DNA of 64,000 nucleotides from Ruminococcus sp. (GTDB lineage: Bacteria; Bacillota; Clostridia; Oscillospirales; Acutalibacteraceae). Made by a program: the position numbers and the translations under genes. A model generated the notes under the pieces. That model saw only the letters and a program-made list of their open reading frames with translations. It did no database searches and was not told the DNA's origin. Numbering within the stretch: position 1 is the first letter of the stretch; every line of letters starts with the position of its first letter. The stretch lies in assembly GCF_017403985.1 (NCBI RefSeq), contig NZ_JAFRDE010000019.1, one strand, 5' to 3'. Positions 17,853 through 28,490 of this stretch are shown piece after piece.

Positions 17853-20800
17853 ATGTTATTAAAATCTCTCGAACTGCAGGGATTCAAAACGTTTCCCGAT
17901 AAAACGAAACTAAAATTTGATAAAGGCATCACCGCCATCGTAGGACCCAACGGCTCCGGCAAGTCCAATATCAGCGACGCCATCCGATGGGTATTAGGCG
18001 AACAGAGCGCGAAGTCTCTGCGCTGTTCCAAGATGGAGGACGTCGTTTTCAACGGCACCGACCGCCGCAAGCGTCAGGGCTATGCCGAGGTCACGCTGAC
18101 TATCGACAACTCCGACCGCAGCCTGCCCTACGGCGGCGACGAGGTAGCGGTCACCCGCCGCTATTACCGTTCCGGCGAGTCCGAGTACCTGATCAACAAG
18201 GCGGCAGTGCGCCTCAAAGACATCCACGAGCTGTTCATGGATACGGGTCTGGGCAGAGACGGCTACAGCATGATCGGACAGGGCAAGATCGACTCTATCG
18301 TCGCCTCCAAGTCCGAGGACAGACGCGAGATCTTTGAAGAAGCCGCGGGTATCTCCCGCTATCGCTACCGCAAGACCGAAGCGGAGCGCAAATTAGCGCA
18401 TACCGAAGAGAATCTGCTGCGCCTGCGCGATATCGTCACCGAGCTCGAGTCAAGGGTAGAGCCCCTGCGTATCCAGTCCGAAAAAGCGAAAAAATTCCTC
18501 GAGTACAGCGCCGAAAAGCGCGGTCTCGAGATATCCCTCTGGCTCGATACGCTCGACAAGAGCGCCGCGGTTCTGCGCGACTATGAGGACAAGATCGCCG
18601 TCGCCAAGAACCAGTATGAAGAAGCGGAAGAGGCGCTCAGCTCCATCGCTTCCGAGACCGAGGAGCTTTATATCAAAAACGGCATGCTCAGCTCACAGAT
18701 CGAGCAGGAGCGCAACGCCGCCGCCATGTTCGAGGCGCAGATCGCCGGCAAGAACGCCGAGATCTCGGTCGCCGAGAACGATATCCTGCATAACAAAGAG
18801 AACATCGAGCGCATCATCAGCGAGATCGATAAGGCAGAGAATTCCGCCGTCGATATCAAAAAGATCGTCGAGACCAAGCTCGCCGAGATCGACGCCTTAC
18901 GCGAAGAGATCCTTCATAAGCAGAGCGACTATAACGCCGCTTCCGCAGAGCTCAACGCCATCAATAACGACGCGTCCCGCTCGAACGACGAGCTGCAGAA
19001 GCTCTCTGCGATGATCGCTTCGCTGTCTCAGCGTCTGGCTGACGTGCGCGTGACGGATATCACCGCCGCGACCGCGATCGAAGAGCTGGAGGAGCGCGCG
19101 AGGGTACTGAAAGAATCTCAGGAGATGAAACGCGCCCAGCGCGATGATCTTATTTCGATAAAAGAAAATTATGAAAAGAAGATAAAAGCCGCCGACAACA
19201 AGATCGCCGCTCTCGGCAACTCGATCGACGGCTTGGAAATGAAGCTGAATTCCCGCGCGGAAAAGCGCGAGGAACTCCGCAAAACCGCCGAGAACCTGCG
19301 CCTTGACGCGGAGGAAAAATCCCGCCGCGCCAAGATCCTCGCCGACCTGTCGGCAAACTTCGCGGGCTTCTACGACAGCGTCAAGATGGTAATGAAGGCG
19401 GCAAAGAACGGCGAGCTGGGCGGTATCTGCGGACCTGTCACCACGCTGATCAAGGTGCCGTCGCAGTATAACATCGCGATGGAAGTCGCCCTCGGCGCTA
19501 AAATGCAGCACATCGTCGTCAACAACGATTCCGACGCGAAGCGCGCGATCGAACTGCTGAAAAAGCGCGACGGCGGCAGAGCGACCTTCCTGCCCATCAC
19601 GACCATCAAACCCCGCTCGCTCGATGAAAAGGGTCTCGATGACTGCTACGGTTATATCGGGATTGCCTCTGAGCTGTGCACCTGCGAGCCGAAGTACGCG
19701 AATATCCTGTCAAACCTGCTCGGACGCATCGTGATCGCCGAAGATCTTTCCGCGGCGAGCGCGATCGCCAAGCGCTACGGCTACCGCTTCCAGGTCGTCA
19801 CCCTCGACGGTCAGGTCATCAACGCCGGCGGTTCCTTTACCGGCGGTTCCCGCGCGAAGAACTCCGGACTGCTCGCCCGCGAGAGCGAGATCGACAAGCT
19901 CCGCAAAGAGGCGGCGGAACTCTCCGCGAAAGCGAAAAGCGCCGCCGAGAAGTTCACCGAAGCGGAGAGCCAGTATGCTAAGGTCGAAGCCGATCTGCTC
20001 GGCACCCGCGCCGAGCTGACCAACACCCAGAACGACAAGGTGCGCATGAGCGCCGAGTACAACGCGTGTCTGAGCGAATTAGCGGGCGTCAGCCGCGACC
20101 TCGAGGACATCGAGCGCGAGCTGGAAGCCGGCGCGAAGAAGATAACCGAGGCAAGAGCGTCGCGCGAGCTGGCGCAGAAGGACATGATCCGCTTCAACGC
20201 CGATATCGAGTCGACCGAGCTGAAGATCAAGACCATCTCCGGCACGCGCGACGAAATGACCCAGAAGCGCGAGGAATACGCCGACAGGCTCCAGCAGCTG
20301 CGCCTGGATATCCTGAGCCTCGAAAAGGACGTCGATACCCGCAAGGCGGAGATCGAAAGCGCCGAATCGACCGGCTCCGATCAGCAGCTGCGCATCGAAG
20401 AGCTCAACAGAGAAAAACAAAATTACGAACAGAATATTTCTGATATAGAAAATAAAATTGTCGCTCTCCGCGCCGAGATCGAAGCGCTGACCGGACAGCA
20501 GCAACAGTCTGCCGAGAATATCGAGCGCCTGAACAACGAGAAGCTGGAACTCGAGAGAAAGAGCGTGTCGCTCCGTCAGCTCGAGCGCGACAAGACCGCC
20601 GAGCGCGAGCATTCGTCCAACGAATTTTCACGACTCGAAGAGCGCAAAGCCGGCAGGCAGAAGGAGTTCGACGACATCATCGCCAAGCTCTGGGACGAGT
20701 ACGAGCTGACCCGTCACGAGGCGGAACAGCAGGCGGTGGAGATCGCGAACCTTACCGAAGCGCGTTCCCGCCTGAGCGCCCTGAAAAACAAGATCAAAGC

Positions 20801-21428
20801 CCTCGGCTCCGTCAACACCGACGCGATCGAGGAATATAAAGAGGTTTCCGAGCGTTACACGTTCATGAAAACGCAGGTCGACGACGTCGAGAAATCCAAG
20901 AAGGAGATCGAGAACCTGATCGTCAGCCTGACCAAGCAGATGAAGGAGGTCTTTGTCGACTCCTTCGCCGAGATCAACAAGAACTTCACCCTGACGTTCA
21001 AGGAGCTGTTCGGCGGCGGCGAGGCGCATCTGGAGCTGTCCGATCCCGACAGCATCCTGACCTCCGGCATCGATATCGTCGTGCACCCGCCCGGCAAGAT
21101 CGTCGTGCGTCTGGAGGCGCTGTCCGGCGGCGAAAAGGCGCTGGTCGCCATCGCGCTGTACTTCGCCATCATGAAGGTTCGTCCCGCGCCCTTCTGCGTG
21201 ATGGATGAGATCGAGGCGGCGCTCGACGAGGTCAACGTAGACCGCTTCGCGGCGTATCTGCGCAACCTCACCGAGTCGACTCAGTTCATCCTGATCACCC
21301 ACCGCCGCGGCACCATGGAAGAGGCGGACGTCCTCTACGGCGTGACCATGCAGGACGAGGGTATCTCAAAGCTCCTCGAGCTCCGCGCGAGCGAGGTAGC
21401 GGCAAAGTTAGGTATGAAAGCAAATTGA
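17853..21428 (+). CDS. smc: Chromosome segregation protein SMC
   Basis: GFKTF, GPNGSGKSN Walker A, hinge GRATFLP, LSGGEK, MDEIEAALD; ATG at 17853 after GAGG. Confidence 0.97.
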   Translation: MLLKSLELQGFKTFPDKTKLKFDKGITAIVGPNGSGKSNISDAIRWVLGEQSAKSLRCSKMEDVVFNGTDRRKRQGYAEVTLTIDNSDRSLPYGGDEVAVTRRYYRSGESEYLINKAAVRLKDIHELFMDTGLGRDGYSMIGQGKIDSIVASKSEDRREIFEEAAGISRYRYRKTEAERKLAHTEENLLRLRDIVTELESRVEPLRIQSEKAKKFLEYSAEKRGLEISLWLDTLDKSAAVLRDYEDKIAVAKNQYEEAEEALSSIASETEELYIKNGMLSSQIEQERNAAAMFEAQIAGKNAEISVAENDILHNKENIERIISEIDKAENSAVDIKKIVETKLAEIDALREEILHKQSDYNAASAELNAINNDASRSNDELQKLSAMIASLSQRLADVRVTDITAATAIEELEERARVLKESQEMKRAQRDDLISIKENYEKKIKAADNKIAALGNSIDGLEMKLNSRAEKREELRKTAENLRLDAEEKSRRAKILADLSANFAGFYDSVKMVMKAAKNGELGGICGPVTTLIKVPSQYNIAMEVALGAKMQHIVVNNDSDAKRAIELLKKRDGGRATFLPITTIKPRSLDEKGLDDCYGYIGIASELCTCEPKYANILSNLLGRIVIAEDLSAASAIAKRYGYRFQVVTLDGQVINAGGSFTGGSRAKNSGLLARESEIDKLRKEAAELSAKAKSAAEKFTEAESQYAKVEADLLGTRAELTNTQNDKVRMSAEYNACLSELAGVSRDLEDIERELEAGAKKITEARASRELAQKDMIRFNADIESTELKIKTISGTRDEMTQKREEYADRLQQLRLDILSLEKDVDTRKAEIESAESTGSDQQLRIEELNREKQNYEQNISDIENKIVALRAEIEALTGQQQQSAENIERLNNEKLELERKSVSLRQLERDKTAEREHSSNEFSRLEERKAGRQKEFDDIIAKLWDEYELTRHEAEQQAVEIANLTEARSRLSALKNKIKALGSVNTDAIEEYKEVSERYTFMKTQVDDVEKSKKEIENLIVSLTKQMKEVFVDSFAEINKNFTLTFKELFGGGEAHLELSDPDSILTSGIDIVVHPPGKIVVRLEALSGGEKALVAIALYFAIMKVRPAPFCVMDEIEAALDEVNVDRFAAYLRNLTESTQFILITHRRGTMEEADVLYGVTMQDEGISKLLELRASEVAAKLGMKAN

Positions 21429-21431
21429 TTT

Positions 21432-21612
21432 TGGTGAATGGTGAAAGGTGAATGGTGAATGGTTTCGGGCGGGACACCCGCACCCGATTTGAACCATTCA
21501 GCCGAAGACTGCCGTTCACAGAGTGAACAACCTGACTGTTAAAAGTTGTTATATCAATACAAAACGCGTCAGCGTTTCCCATAACCGTTAACCATTAACC
21601 GTTAACCGTTAA
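21432..21612. repeat. Composite: (GGTGAAT)n, family D hairpin 21466-21486, (AACCGTT)n
   Basis: Left part is nearly identical to 59481-59535. Confidence 0.75.
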
Positions 21613-21629
21613 TCTAAAGGAGATATATT

Positions 21630-22550
21630 ATGGGCTTTTTCAAGAAATTAAAAGATGGATTAAAGAAAACGCGCGACAGCGTGGTCGGTCAGATCGACTC
21701 CATGCTCCAGACCTTCACCGTCATCGACGACGAGCTGTTCGACGAACTCGAGGAGCTTCTCGTCATGGGCGACGTCGGCGTAGAGACCGCCAACAAGATC
21801 TGCGGTATGCTGCGTGTGCGCGTGCGTGAAAAGGGCATCACCAAGCCCGCGAAGATCATGAACGAGATCGCCGAGATCAGCGCCGAGATCCTCTCACAGG
21901 ACGGCAACGAAATGGTGCTGAACACCAAGCCGTCCATCATCCTCGTCATCGGCGTCAACGGCGTCGGCAAGACGACCTCCATCGGCAAGATCGCCAACTA
22001 TTACAGAGAACAGGGCAAGAAGGTCACCCTTGCCGCCGCGGATACCTTCCGCGCCGCTGCGATCGACCAATTAAAGATCTGGGCTGACCGTTCGGGCGCC
22101 GATATCGTCGCGCAGGGCGAGGGTTCGGATCCCGCCGCCGTGGTATTTGACGCGATCTCCTCCGCGAAGGCAAAGGGGAGCGACATCATCATCGTCGATA
22201 CCGCCGGCCGTCTGCACAACAAAAAGCACCTGATGGACGAACTCAGTAAGATTCGCCGTGTCATCGACCGCGAACTGCCCGACGCGGATAAAGAAGCGCT
22301 CCTCGTGCTCGACGCGACCACCGGTCAGAACGCCGTCAATCAGGCTGCTGAATTCGCCAAGGCGACCGGCATCACCGGCATCGTCCTGACCAAGCTCGAC
22401 GGCACCGCCAAGGGCGGCGTCGTGCTGGCGATCAAGGACACCCTCGGCATCCCCGTCAAGTTCATCGGCGTAGGCGAGAAGATCGACGACCTCCAGCCCT
22501 TCGATCCGCTCGAATTCTCCAAAGCGCTGTTTGTTAAGGAAGAACAATGA
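21630..22550 (+). CDS. ftsY: SRP receptor FtsY
   Basis: GVNGVGKTT, DTFRAAA, DTAGR, TKLDGTAKGG. Confidence 0.97.
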   Translation: MGFFKKLKDGLKKTRDSVVGQIDSMLQTFTVIDDELFDELEELLVMGDVGVETANKICGMLRVRVREKGITKPAKIMNEIAEISAEILSQDGNEMVLNTKPSIILVIGVNGVGKTTSIGKIANYYREQGKKVTLAAADTFRAAAIDQLKIWADRSGADIVAQGEGSDPAAVVFDAISSAKAKGSDIIIVDTAGRLHNKKHLMDELSKIRRVIDRELPDADKEALLVLDATTGQNAVNQAAEFAKATGITGIVLTKLDGTAKGGVVLAIKDTLGIPVKFIGVGEKIDDLQPFDPLEFSKALFVKEEQ

Positions 22551-23143
22551 AAGAATTCATCATCGCTACCAACAACAGCCACAAGGTGGTTGAAATAGAA
22601 CGCATCCTGTCGCCGCTCGGCGTTACCGCCGTGACCGCGAAGGAGCGCGGCGTCGACCTCGGCGACGTGGCCGAGGACGGCGATACTTTCGCCGCCAACG
22701 CCTATATCAAGGCGAAGCACGCCTTTGACCTTTGTCATAAGCCCGTGATCGCGGACGACTCGGGATTGTGCGTCGACGCCCTCGGCGGCAGACCGGGCGT
22801 GTATTCCGCGCGCTACGCGGGAGCGGACGCGAGCCCGCTCGTGAAGATCTCCAAGCTGCTCGACGAGATGAAGGACGTCCCCGATGCAGAGCGTTCGGCG
22901 CACTTCACCTGCGCCGTCTGCTGTATCCTCGACGAGGATACCGTGATTGAGGTTGAGGGCAGGTGCGACGGAATGATCGCGCGCGAGTTATCCGGCGACG
23001 GCGGCTTCGGCTACGATCCCGTATTTGTCGTGGACGGCAGGAGCTTTGCCGATCTGACCGCCGAGGAAAAAGACCGTTACAGCCATCGCGGCAGCGCCCT
23101 CAGAAAACTCCGAGATGCTCTGCAAGCATATTCTTTTGATTAA
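22547..23143 (+). CDS. rdgB: Non-canonical purine NTP pyrophosphatase (RdgB/HAM1)
   Basis: ATNNSHK, ADDSGL, PGVYSARYAG, GFGYDPVF, SHRG. Confidence 0.94.
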   Translation: MKEFIIATNNSHKVVEIERILSPLGVTAVTAKERGVDLGDVAEDGDTFAANAYIKAKHAFDLCHKPVIADDSGLCVDALGGRPGVYSARYAGADASPLVKISKLLDEMKDVPDAERSAHFTCAVCCILDEDTVIEVEGRCDGMIARELSGDGGFGYDPVFVVDGRSFADLTAEEKDRYSHRGSALRKLRDALQAYSFD

Positions 23144-23146
23144 CCG

Positions 23147-23258
23147 CTGTCATTGCGAAGCCCTTTAGGGCTGTGGCAATCCCACAAAGAGGAACAGAGA
23201 CTTTTCTGATCGGTTGAGATTCCCGCGTCGTAACCTTTGGTTACTCCTCAAAATGACG
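23147..23258 (+). repeat. Family B element, variant interior
   Basis: CTGTCATTGCGAAGCCCTTTAGGGCTGTGGCAATCCCACAAAGAGG...ATCGGTTGAGATTCCCGCG...AAAATGACG. Confidence 0.85.
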
Positions 23259-23278
23259 TTTTATACGGAGGTAAACCT

Positions 23279-23572
23279 ATGTTAACCAGTAAACAGCGCG
23301 CTCAGCTGCGCGCTTTAGCCAATCCGATCGACACCGTGCTGATGGTCGGCAAGGGCGGCTTTTCCGAGCAGCTTTACAAGACCGCCGATGAAGCCATCAC
23401 CGCCCGCGAGCTGATCAAGGGCAAGGTGCTCGAAGCGTGCGAGTATTCCGCGCGCGAGGCGGCGGATACCATCGCCGAGCAGATCGGCGCCGACGTCGTT
23501 CAGGTCATCGGCTCCAAATTCATCCTCTACCGCCGCAACAAAAAAGACCCCAAGATCAAGCTGGTCAAATGA
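23279..23572 (+). CDS. yhbY: YhbY/CRM RNA-binding protein
   Basis: MLTSKQRAQLRALA, ELIKGKVL, QVIG..ILYR. Confidence 0.92.
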   Translation: MLTSKQRAQLRALANPIDTVLMVGKGGFSEQLYKTADEAITARELIKGKVLEACEYSAREAADTIAEQIGADVVQVIGSKFILYRRNKKDPKIKLVK

Positions 23573-24162
23573 GGCGCGCGATTTACGGGGGCTCTTTCAA
23601 CCCCATCCATAACGATCATATCAGGCTCGCTCTGCGCTTTGCCGAACAGTTTGAGCTGGACAAGGTGACGCTGATCCCTACCTATTCCACGCCGCTGAAG
23701 AACAATTCGCATATCATCGACGGCGAACACCGCTACAGGATGTGTCTGCTGGCGGCGCAGGATTATCCCGTGCTCGAGGTCAGCGATATCGAGCTGCGGC
23801 GCAAGGGGGAGAGCTACACCTCCGACACCATCAAAGAGCTGATGAATGACGATGATTCGCTCTACCTGATCGTCGGCGCGGATATGTATGTCACGCTCGA
23901 CCGCTGGCATGAGTTTCAGTTCATCTTTGATCACGTGACGATATTGGTCGCGCCGCGCGATGAGTTGGATTATGATTCTTTAGAAGAAAAATATTTAGAG
24001 TACAAAGAGAAGTTTAACTGCCGTACCCTGATCGCGCATCAGGGGATAGGGGAGCTTTCCTCGACCGTGATCCGCGAGGGCATCGCCTCCGGCGCGGACG
24101 TCAGCGCGATGGTCGATCCCCTCGTGCTGGACTACATCCAGAAGCACGATCTTTACCGATAA
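23569..24162 (+). CDS. nadD: Nicotinate-nucleotide adenylyltransferase (atypical HNDH motif)
   Basis: GGSFNPIH, SYTSDTI, LIVGAD, SSTVIRE; position in yhbY-nadD-yqeK-rsfS cluster. Confidence 0.9.
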   Translation: MRRAIYGGSFNPIHNDHIRLALRFAEQFELDKVTLIPTYSTPLKNNSHIIDGEHRYRMCLLAAQDYPVLEVSDIELRRKGESYTSDTIKELMNDDDSLYLIVGADMYVTLDRWHEFQFIFDHVTILVAPRDELDYDSLEEKYLEYKEKFNCRTLIAHQGIGELSSTVIREGIASGADVSAMVDPLVLDYIQKHDLYR

Positions 24163-24195
24163 CGCCGCTGACATGCGGAGCAAATGTTTTTTTTC

Positions 24196-24303
24196 GTAGG
24201 GACGACCAGTGGTCGTCCGCAGAATGACGGGCATTGTTATGATCGTAAACCGGAGATAGGGGAGAAGCGCTTCTGCAAACGGACGAGCAATGCTCGTCCC
24301 TAC
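24196..24303 (+). repeat. GTAG REP inverted doublet (REPIN-like)
   Basis: GTAGGGACGACCAGTGGTCGTCC-GCAGAATGACGGGC...AGATAGG...-GGACGAGCAATGCTCGTCCCTAC. Confidence 0.9.
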
Positions 24304-24353
24304 GATAACGCGTCTTTCCCATTTTGAATGATCTGTGAAGGAGAAGGTTTCTT

Positions 24354-24920
24354 ATGAATACCGACAAGTATCTGCATTATCTTGACAACCTGTCCGAATA
24401 CCGCCGCGTCCATTCGCTGAACGTCGCCGAAGAGGCGGTGCGCTTCGCGAAGAAATACGGCGGCGACGTCGAAAAGGCGCGTTTAGCGGGCTTGCTCCAC
24501 GACGTGACCAAGGAAACGGATAATGAAACACAGTTGCAAATCATGGAGAACGGTGGTATAATCCTTTCTGAATTGGAGAAACGTTCGCCGAAGCTCTGGC
24601 ATTCGATCTCCGGCGCGTGCTATGTGCGCGACGTGATCGGTATCGACGACGAGGATATCTTCAACGCGATCCGCTACCATACCACCGGACGCGCGGGCAT
24701 GAGTCAGCTCGAGAAGCTGATCTTTCTCGCCGATTTTACATCCGCCGAGCGCGATTATCCCGATATCGACGTCATCCGCGCCCATTCGGAGAACTCGCTT
24801 GAGGAGGGTATGCTCTACGGCATCAAGTTCACCCTGAACCGTCTGGTCGGCAGAAACGCCCTCATCAGCCCCAACGCCCTCGAGGCGTATAACGATATAC
24901 TGTTAGCATCCCTTTCCTAA
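24354..24920 (+). CDS. yqeK: YqeK HD-domain bis(5'-nucleosyl)-tetraphosphatase
   Basis: RRVHSLNV, LLHDVTK, YHTTGR, FLADF. Confidence 0.92.
   Translation: MNTDKYLHYLDNLSEYRRVHSLNVAEEAVRFAKKYGGDVEKARLAGLLHDVTKETDNETQLQIMENGGIILSELEKRSPKLWHSISGACYVRDVIGIDDEDIFNAIRYHTTGRAGMSQLEKLIFLADFTSAERDYPDIDVIRAHSENSLEEGMLYGIKFTLNRLVGRNALISPNALEAYNDILLASLS
24534..24562 (+). promoter_or_regulatory. Intragenic sigmaA promoter inside yqeK (upstream of rsfS)
   Basis: TTGCAA-17 nt-TATAAT with extended TG, in an AT-rich patch. Confidence 0.6.
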
Positions 24921-25130
24921 GGGAGGTGGCACGAAGTGCCGGAGGGTTGTTACGTTGGTTTCAATGTTGTTTTATTGAAAGATTTGACTGTTTGGTTTTT
25001 CAACCCTCAGTCGCGTGACACGAGTGTCCGCGACAGCTCCCTTAGAAAAGGGAGCCCTAATAAGGCGGGCGCTGCCCGCACCCGTTTAGATAAAAATAAC
25101 TGGTCACTGGTCACTTGCCACTGACCACTA
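24909..25130. repeat. Family A inverted pair (24909-25056), family D hairpin (25064-25084) and heptamer tract
   Basis: CCCTTTCCTAAGGGAGGTGGCACGAAGTGCCGGAGGGTTG ... CAACCCTCAGTCGC..GCGACAGCTCCCTTAGAAAAGGGAGCC; GGCGGGCGCTGCCCGCACCCG; CACTGGT-like repeats. Confidence 0.8.
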
Positions 25131-25143
25131 AAAGAGGTAATAT

Positions 25144-25500
25144 ATGGAATCTTTACAAGAAGCAAAAGCAATCGCAAAAATCTTAGACAACCGCAAGGGT
25201 CTGAACGTCCGCGTATTAAAGATCGCCGACATCTCCTCCCTTGCCGACTATATGGTCATCGCGACCGGTAACTCCTCTACTCACGTCAAGTCGCTCGCCG
25301 ACTACGTCGAGTACGAGATGGACGAGCAGGGCGTGTCCGTCAGCCATATCGAGGGACACCGCTCCGACACATGGATCCTGCTGGATTACGTGGACGTGAT
25401 CGTGCACGTTTTCAACGAGGAGAGCCGCCAGTACTACGACCTCGACCGCCTCTGGGAGGACGCCGAAGTCGTGGATATTTCGGATATCATCACGGAGTAA
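25144..25500 (+). CDS. rsfS: Ribosome silencing factor
   Basis: LADYMVIATGNSSTHVKSLAD, WILLDYVDVIVHVF, YYDLDRLW. Confidence 0.95.
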   Translation: MESLQEAKAIAKILDNRKGLNVRVLKIADISSLADYMVIATGNSSTHVKSLADYVEYEMDEQGVSVSHIEGHRSDTWILLDYVDVIVHVFNEESRQYYDLDRLWEDAEVVDISDIITE

Positions 25501-25519
25501 AAAGGATCCTTGCCTCTTT

Positions 25520-25620
25520 CTGTCATTGCGAGGAGCGTCAGCGACGCGGCAATCCCACAAAGAGGGAATGATTCTTTCTAATACAATAAACGTCATCAAT
25601 GACAGGGGATTGCCCCGTCA
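25520..25620 (+). repeat. Family B element, truncated right arm
   Basis: CTGTCATTGCGAGGAGCGTCAGCGACGCGGCAATCCCACAAAGAGGGAATG...GACAGGGGATTGCC. Confidence 0.85.
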
Positions 25621-25686
25621 GGCGGAGCGAACAACAGTTTTGTATCCTGTTATGTGTTTGGCGGGTATCGATACGGAAAAAACCGT

Positions 25687-25715
25687 TTGACTGACGTCAT
25701 ACGTAGTGATAAAAT
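25687..25715 (+). promoter_or_regulatory. sigmaA promoter of leuS
   Basis: TTGACT-17 nt-TAAAAT with extended TG. Confidence 0.7.
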
Positions 25716-25785
25716 AAACAATGATATGCGCGAGCGCCGCAGTATGGTGAATGATGACGCGCGCGTCCCGTTTGGAGGTATATAT

Positions 25786-28197
25786 ATGAAATACAATCAC
25801 AAGGCCGTCGAGCCAAAGTGGCAAAAGATATGGGAGGACAAGGGCGTTTTCCACGCCGAGACCGATTCGGACAAGCCGAAGTTCTACTCCCTGATCGAGT
25901 TCCCTTACCCCTCGGGTCAGGGTCTGCATGTCGGACATCCCCGTCCCTATACCGCGCTCGATACCGTATCCCGCAAGCGCCGTCTGCAGGGATTTAACGT
26001 GCTTTATCCCATCGGCTGGGACGCTTTCGGTCTGCCGACGGAGAACTACGCGATCAAGAACCACATCCATCCCGAGATCGTCACCGCGCAGAATATCGCG
26101 CGTTTCAAAAAGCAGATCCAGTCCCTCGGTATCTCTTTCGACTGGAGCCGCGAGATCAATACCACCGACCCCGACTACTACAAGTGGACCCAGTGGATCT
26201 TCCTCCAGCTGTTCAAGCACGGTTTGGCGTATAAGAAGGAGATGGCGGTCAACTGGTGTACCTCCTGCAAGTGCGTTCTGGCGAACGAAGAGGTCGTCAA
26301 CGGCGTGTGCGAGCGCTGCGGCAGCGAGGTCGTCCGCAAGGTCAAGAGCCAGTGGATGCTCGCGATCACCAAGTACGCCGACCGGCTGATCGACGATCTC
26401 GATCTGGTCGATTATCCTGAGCGCGTCAAGCTCCAGCAGAAGAACTGGATCGGCCGCTCTTACGGCGCCGAGGTCGAGTTTGACACCACCGCCGGCGACA
26501 AGCTCCTGATCTATACCACCCGTCCCGATACGCTCTACGGCGCGACCTACATGGTCATGTCGCCCGAGCATCCCTATATCGAGAAGTGGGCGGATAAACT
26601 CACGAATCTCGACGCGATCAAGTCCTATCAGCGCGAGTCCGCCAAGAAGAGCGACTTCGAGCGCACCGAGATGAACAAGGATAAGACCGGCGTGAAGCTC
26701 GAGGGCGTCACTGCGATCAACCCCGTCAACGGACGCGAGATCCCGATCTTTATCTCCGACTATGTCCTGATCTCCTACGGCACCGGCGCCATCATGGCGG
26801 TACCGGCGCACGATACCCGCGACTGGGAGTTCGCGAAGAAGTTCGACCTGCCGATCATCGAGGTCGTCAAGGGCGGCGACGTTGAGAAAGAAGCCTTCAC
26901 CGACTGCGCGACCGGTATTATGGTCAATTCCGGCATCCTCGACGGACTCTCCGTAGATGAAGCCAAGAAGAAGATCACCGAATTTCTCACCGAAAAGGGC
27001 ATCGGTCATCAGAAGGTCAACTTCAAGCTGCGCGACTGGGTATTCTCCCGCCAGCGCTACTGGGGCGAGCCTATCCCGATCGTCAAGTGCGAGAAGTGCG
27101 GCTATGTCCCGATCCCCGAAAGTGAATTACCGCTCAAGCTCCCGATGGTCGAGAGCTATGAGCCTACCGATACCGGCGAATCGCCCCTCGCGAACATGAC
27201 CGAGTGGGTCGAGACCACCTGCCCCTGCTGCGGCGGCAAGGCGTACCGCGAGACGGATACCATGCCTCAGTGGGCGGGTTCCTCATGGTACTACCTCAGA
27301 TACATGGATCCGCACAACAGCGATGCGCTCGCGTCCGAAGAGGCGCTGGATTACTGGCATCAGGTCGACTGGTACAACGGCGGTATGGAGCATACCACCC
27401 TGCACCTGCTCTACTCCCGCTTCTGGCACAAGTTCCTCTATGATATCGGCGTTGTGCCCACCAAGGAACCCTACGCCAAGCGTACCTCCCACGGCATGAT
27501 CCTCGGCGCGAACGGCGAGAAGATGAGTAAATCCCGCGGCAACGTCGTCAACCCCGACGACATCGTCAGTGAGTACGGCGCGGATACCCTCAGACTGTAC
27601 GAGATGTTCATCGGCGACTTTGAGAAAGCCGCTCCGTGGAGCACCAACTCCGTGCGCGGCTGCCGCAAGTTCATCGAGCGCTTCTGGAATCTGCAGGAGA
27701 TGCTGATCGACGGCGATTTCATCCGTCCCGAGGTGGAAAAAGAATTCCACAAGACCATCAAGAAGGTCGGCAGCGATATCGAGAATATCAAGTTCAACAC
27801 CGCGATCGCCGCGCTGATGGCGCTGATCAACACCGTCTACGCGACCGGCAAGATCACCAAGAAGGAGCTCGCGATCTTCGCGATCCTGCTCAATCCGTTC
27901 GCGCCTCATGTGACCGAAGAGGTCTGGGAGGCCTGCGCGCTGGGCAAGGGCATCATCGCCGAGGCGCAGTGGCCCGAATATGACGAAGCGAAGTGCGTAG
28001 ACGATACCATCGAGATCGTCGCGCAGGTCAACGGCAAGATCAAGGCAAAGCTGAATATCGCAGCCGATGCGCCGCAGGACGAGGTTCTCGAACTGGCGAA
28101 AGCGGAGCCGAAGGTAGCCGAAGCCCTTGCGGGCGGCAGCATCGTCAAAGAGATCTACATCAAAGGCCGCCTCGTCAACATCGTTGTGAAGAAGTAA
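25786..28197 (+). CDS. leuS: Leucine--tRNA ligase
   Basis: [28 protein letters not shown]; ATG at 25786 after GGAGG. Confidence 0.97.
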   Translation: MKYNHKAVEPKWQKIWEDKGVFHAETDSDKPKFYSLIEFPYPSGQGLHVGHPRPYTALDTVSRKRRLQGFNVLYPIGWDAFGLPTENYAIKNHIHPEIVTAQNIARFKKQIQSLGISFDWSREINTTDPDYYKWTQWIFLQLFKHGLAYKKEMAVNWCTSCKCVLANEEVVNGVCERCGSEVVRKVKSQWMLAITKYADRLIDDLDLVDYPERVKLQQKNWIGRSYGAEVEFDTTAGDKLLIYTTRPDTLYGATYMVMSPEHPYIEKWADKLTNLDAIKSYQRESAKKSDFERTEMNKDKTGVKLEGVTAINPVNGREIPIFISDYVLISYGTGAIMAVPAHDTRDWEFAKKFDLPIIEVVKGGDVEKEAFTDCATGIMVNSGILDGLSVDEAKKKITEFLTEKGIGHQKVNFKLRDWVFSRQRYWGEPIPIVKCEKCGYVPIPESELPLKLPMVESYEPTDTGESPLANMTEWVETTCPCCGGKAYRETDTMPQWAGSSWYYLRYMDPHNSDALASEEALDYWHQVDWYNGGMEHTTLHLLYSRFWHKFLYDIGVVPTKEPYAKRTSHGMILGANGEKMSKSRGNVVNPDDIVSEYGADTLRLYEMFIGDFEKAAPWSTNSVRGCRKFIERFWNLQEMLIDGDFIRPEVEKEFHKTIKKVGSDIENIKFNTAIAALMALINTVYATGKITKKELAIFAILLNPFAPHVTEEVWEACALGKGIIAEAQWPEYDEAKCVDDTIEIVAQVNGKIKAKLNIAADAPQDEVLELAKAEPKVAEALAGGSIVKEIYIKGRLVNIVVKK

Positions 28198-28211
28198 ATC
28201 TTGATGATATA

Positions 28212-28330
28212 CTGTCATTGCGAGGGCAAAGCCCGCGGCAATCCCACAAAAAGAGAATGTTCGCCGGTCCTCATCAACCGGTATCAATGACAAGGGGGTT
28301 CCCGCGTCGCTTGCGCTCCTCGGAATGACA
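28212..28330 (+). repeat. Family B element
   Basis: CTGTCATTGCGAGGGCAAAGCCCGCGGCAATCCCACAAAAAGAG...GACAAGGGGG...CTCGGAATGACA. Confidence 0.88.
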
Positions 28331-28408
28331 TTTATACGATCCCGCTCTCCGATATGTAGAAAATTTCTCCCGATTATTAGCAATTTTCTACAAATTGGGT
28401 CTTTTCCC

Positions 28409-28437
28409 TTGACACTTCGCCCGAGTTCATGTATAAT
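28409..28437 (+). promoter_or_regulatory. sigmaA promoter of rpsU
   Basis: TTGACA-17 nt-TATAAT perfect consensus. Confidence 0.85.
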
Positions 28438-28490
28438 CATTGTTGCGTTATGCGAATTACCCCTGTTTTATACAGATGGGAGGGAAATAA

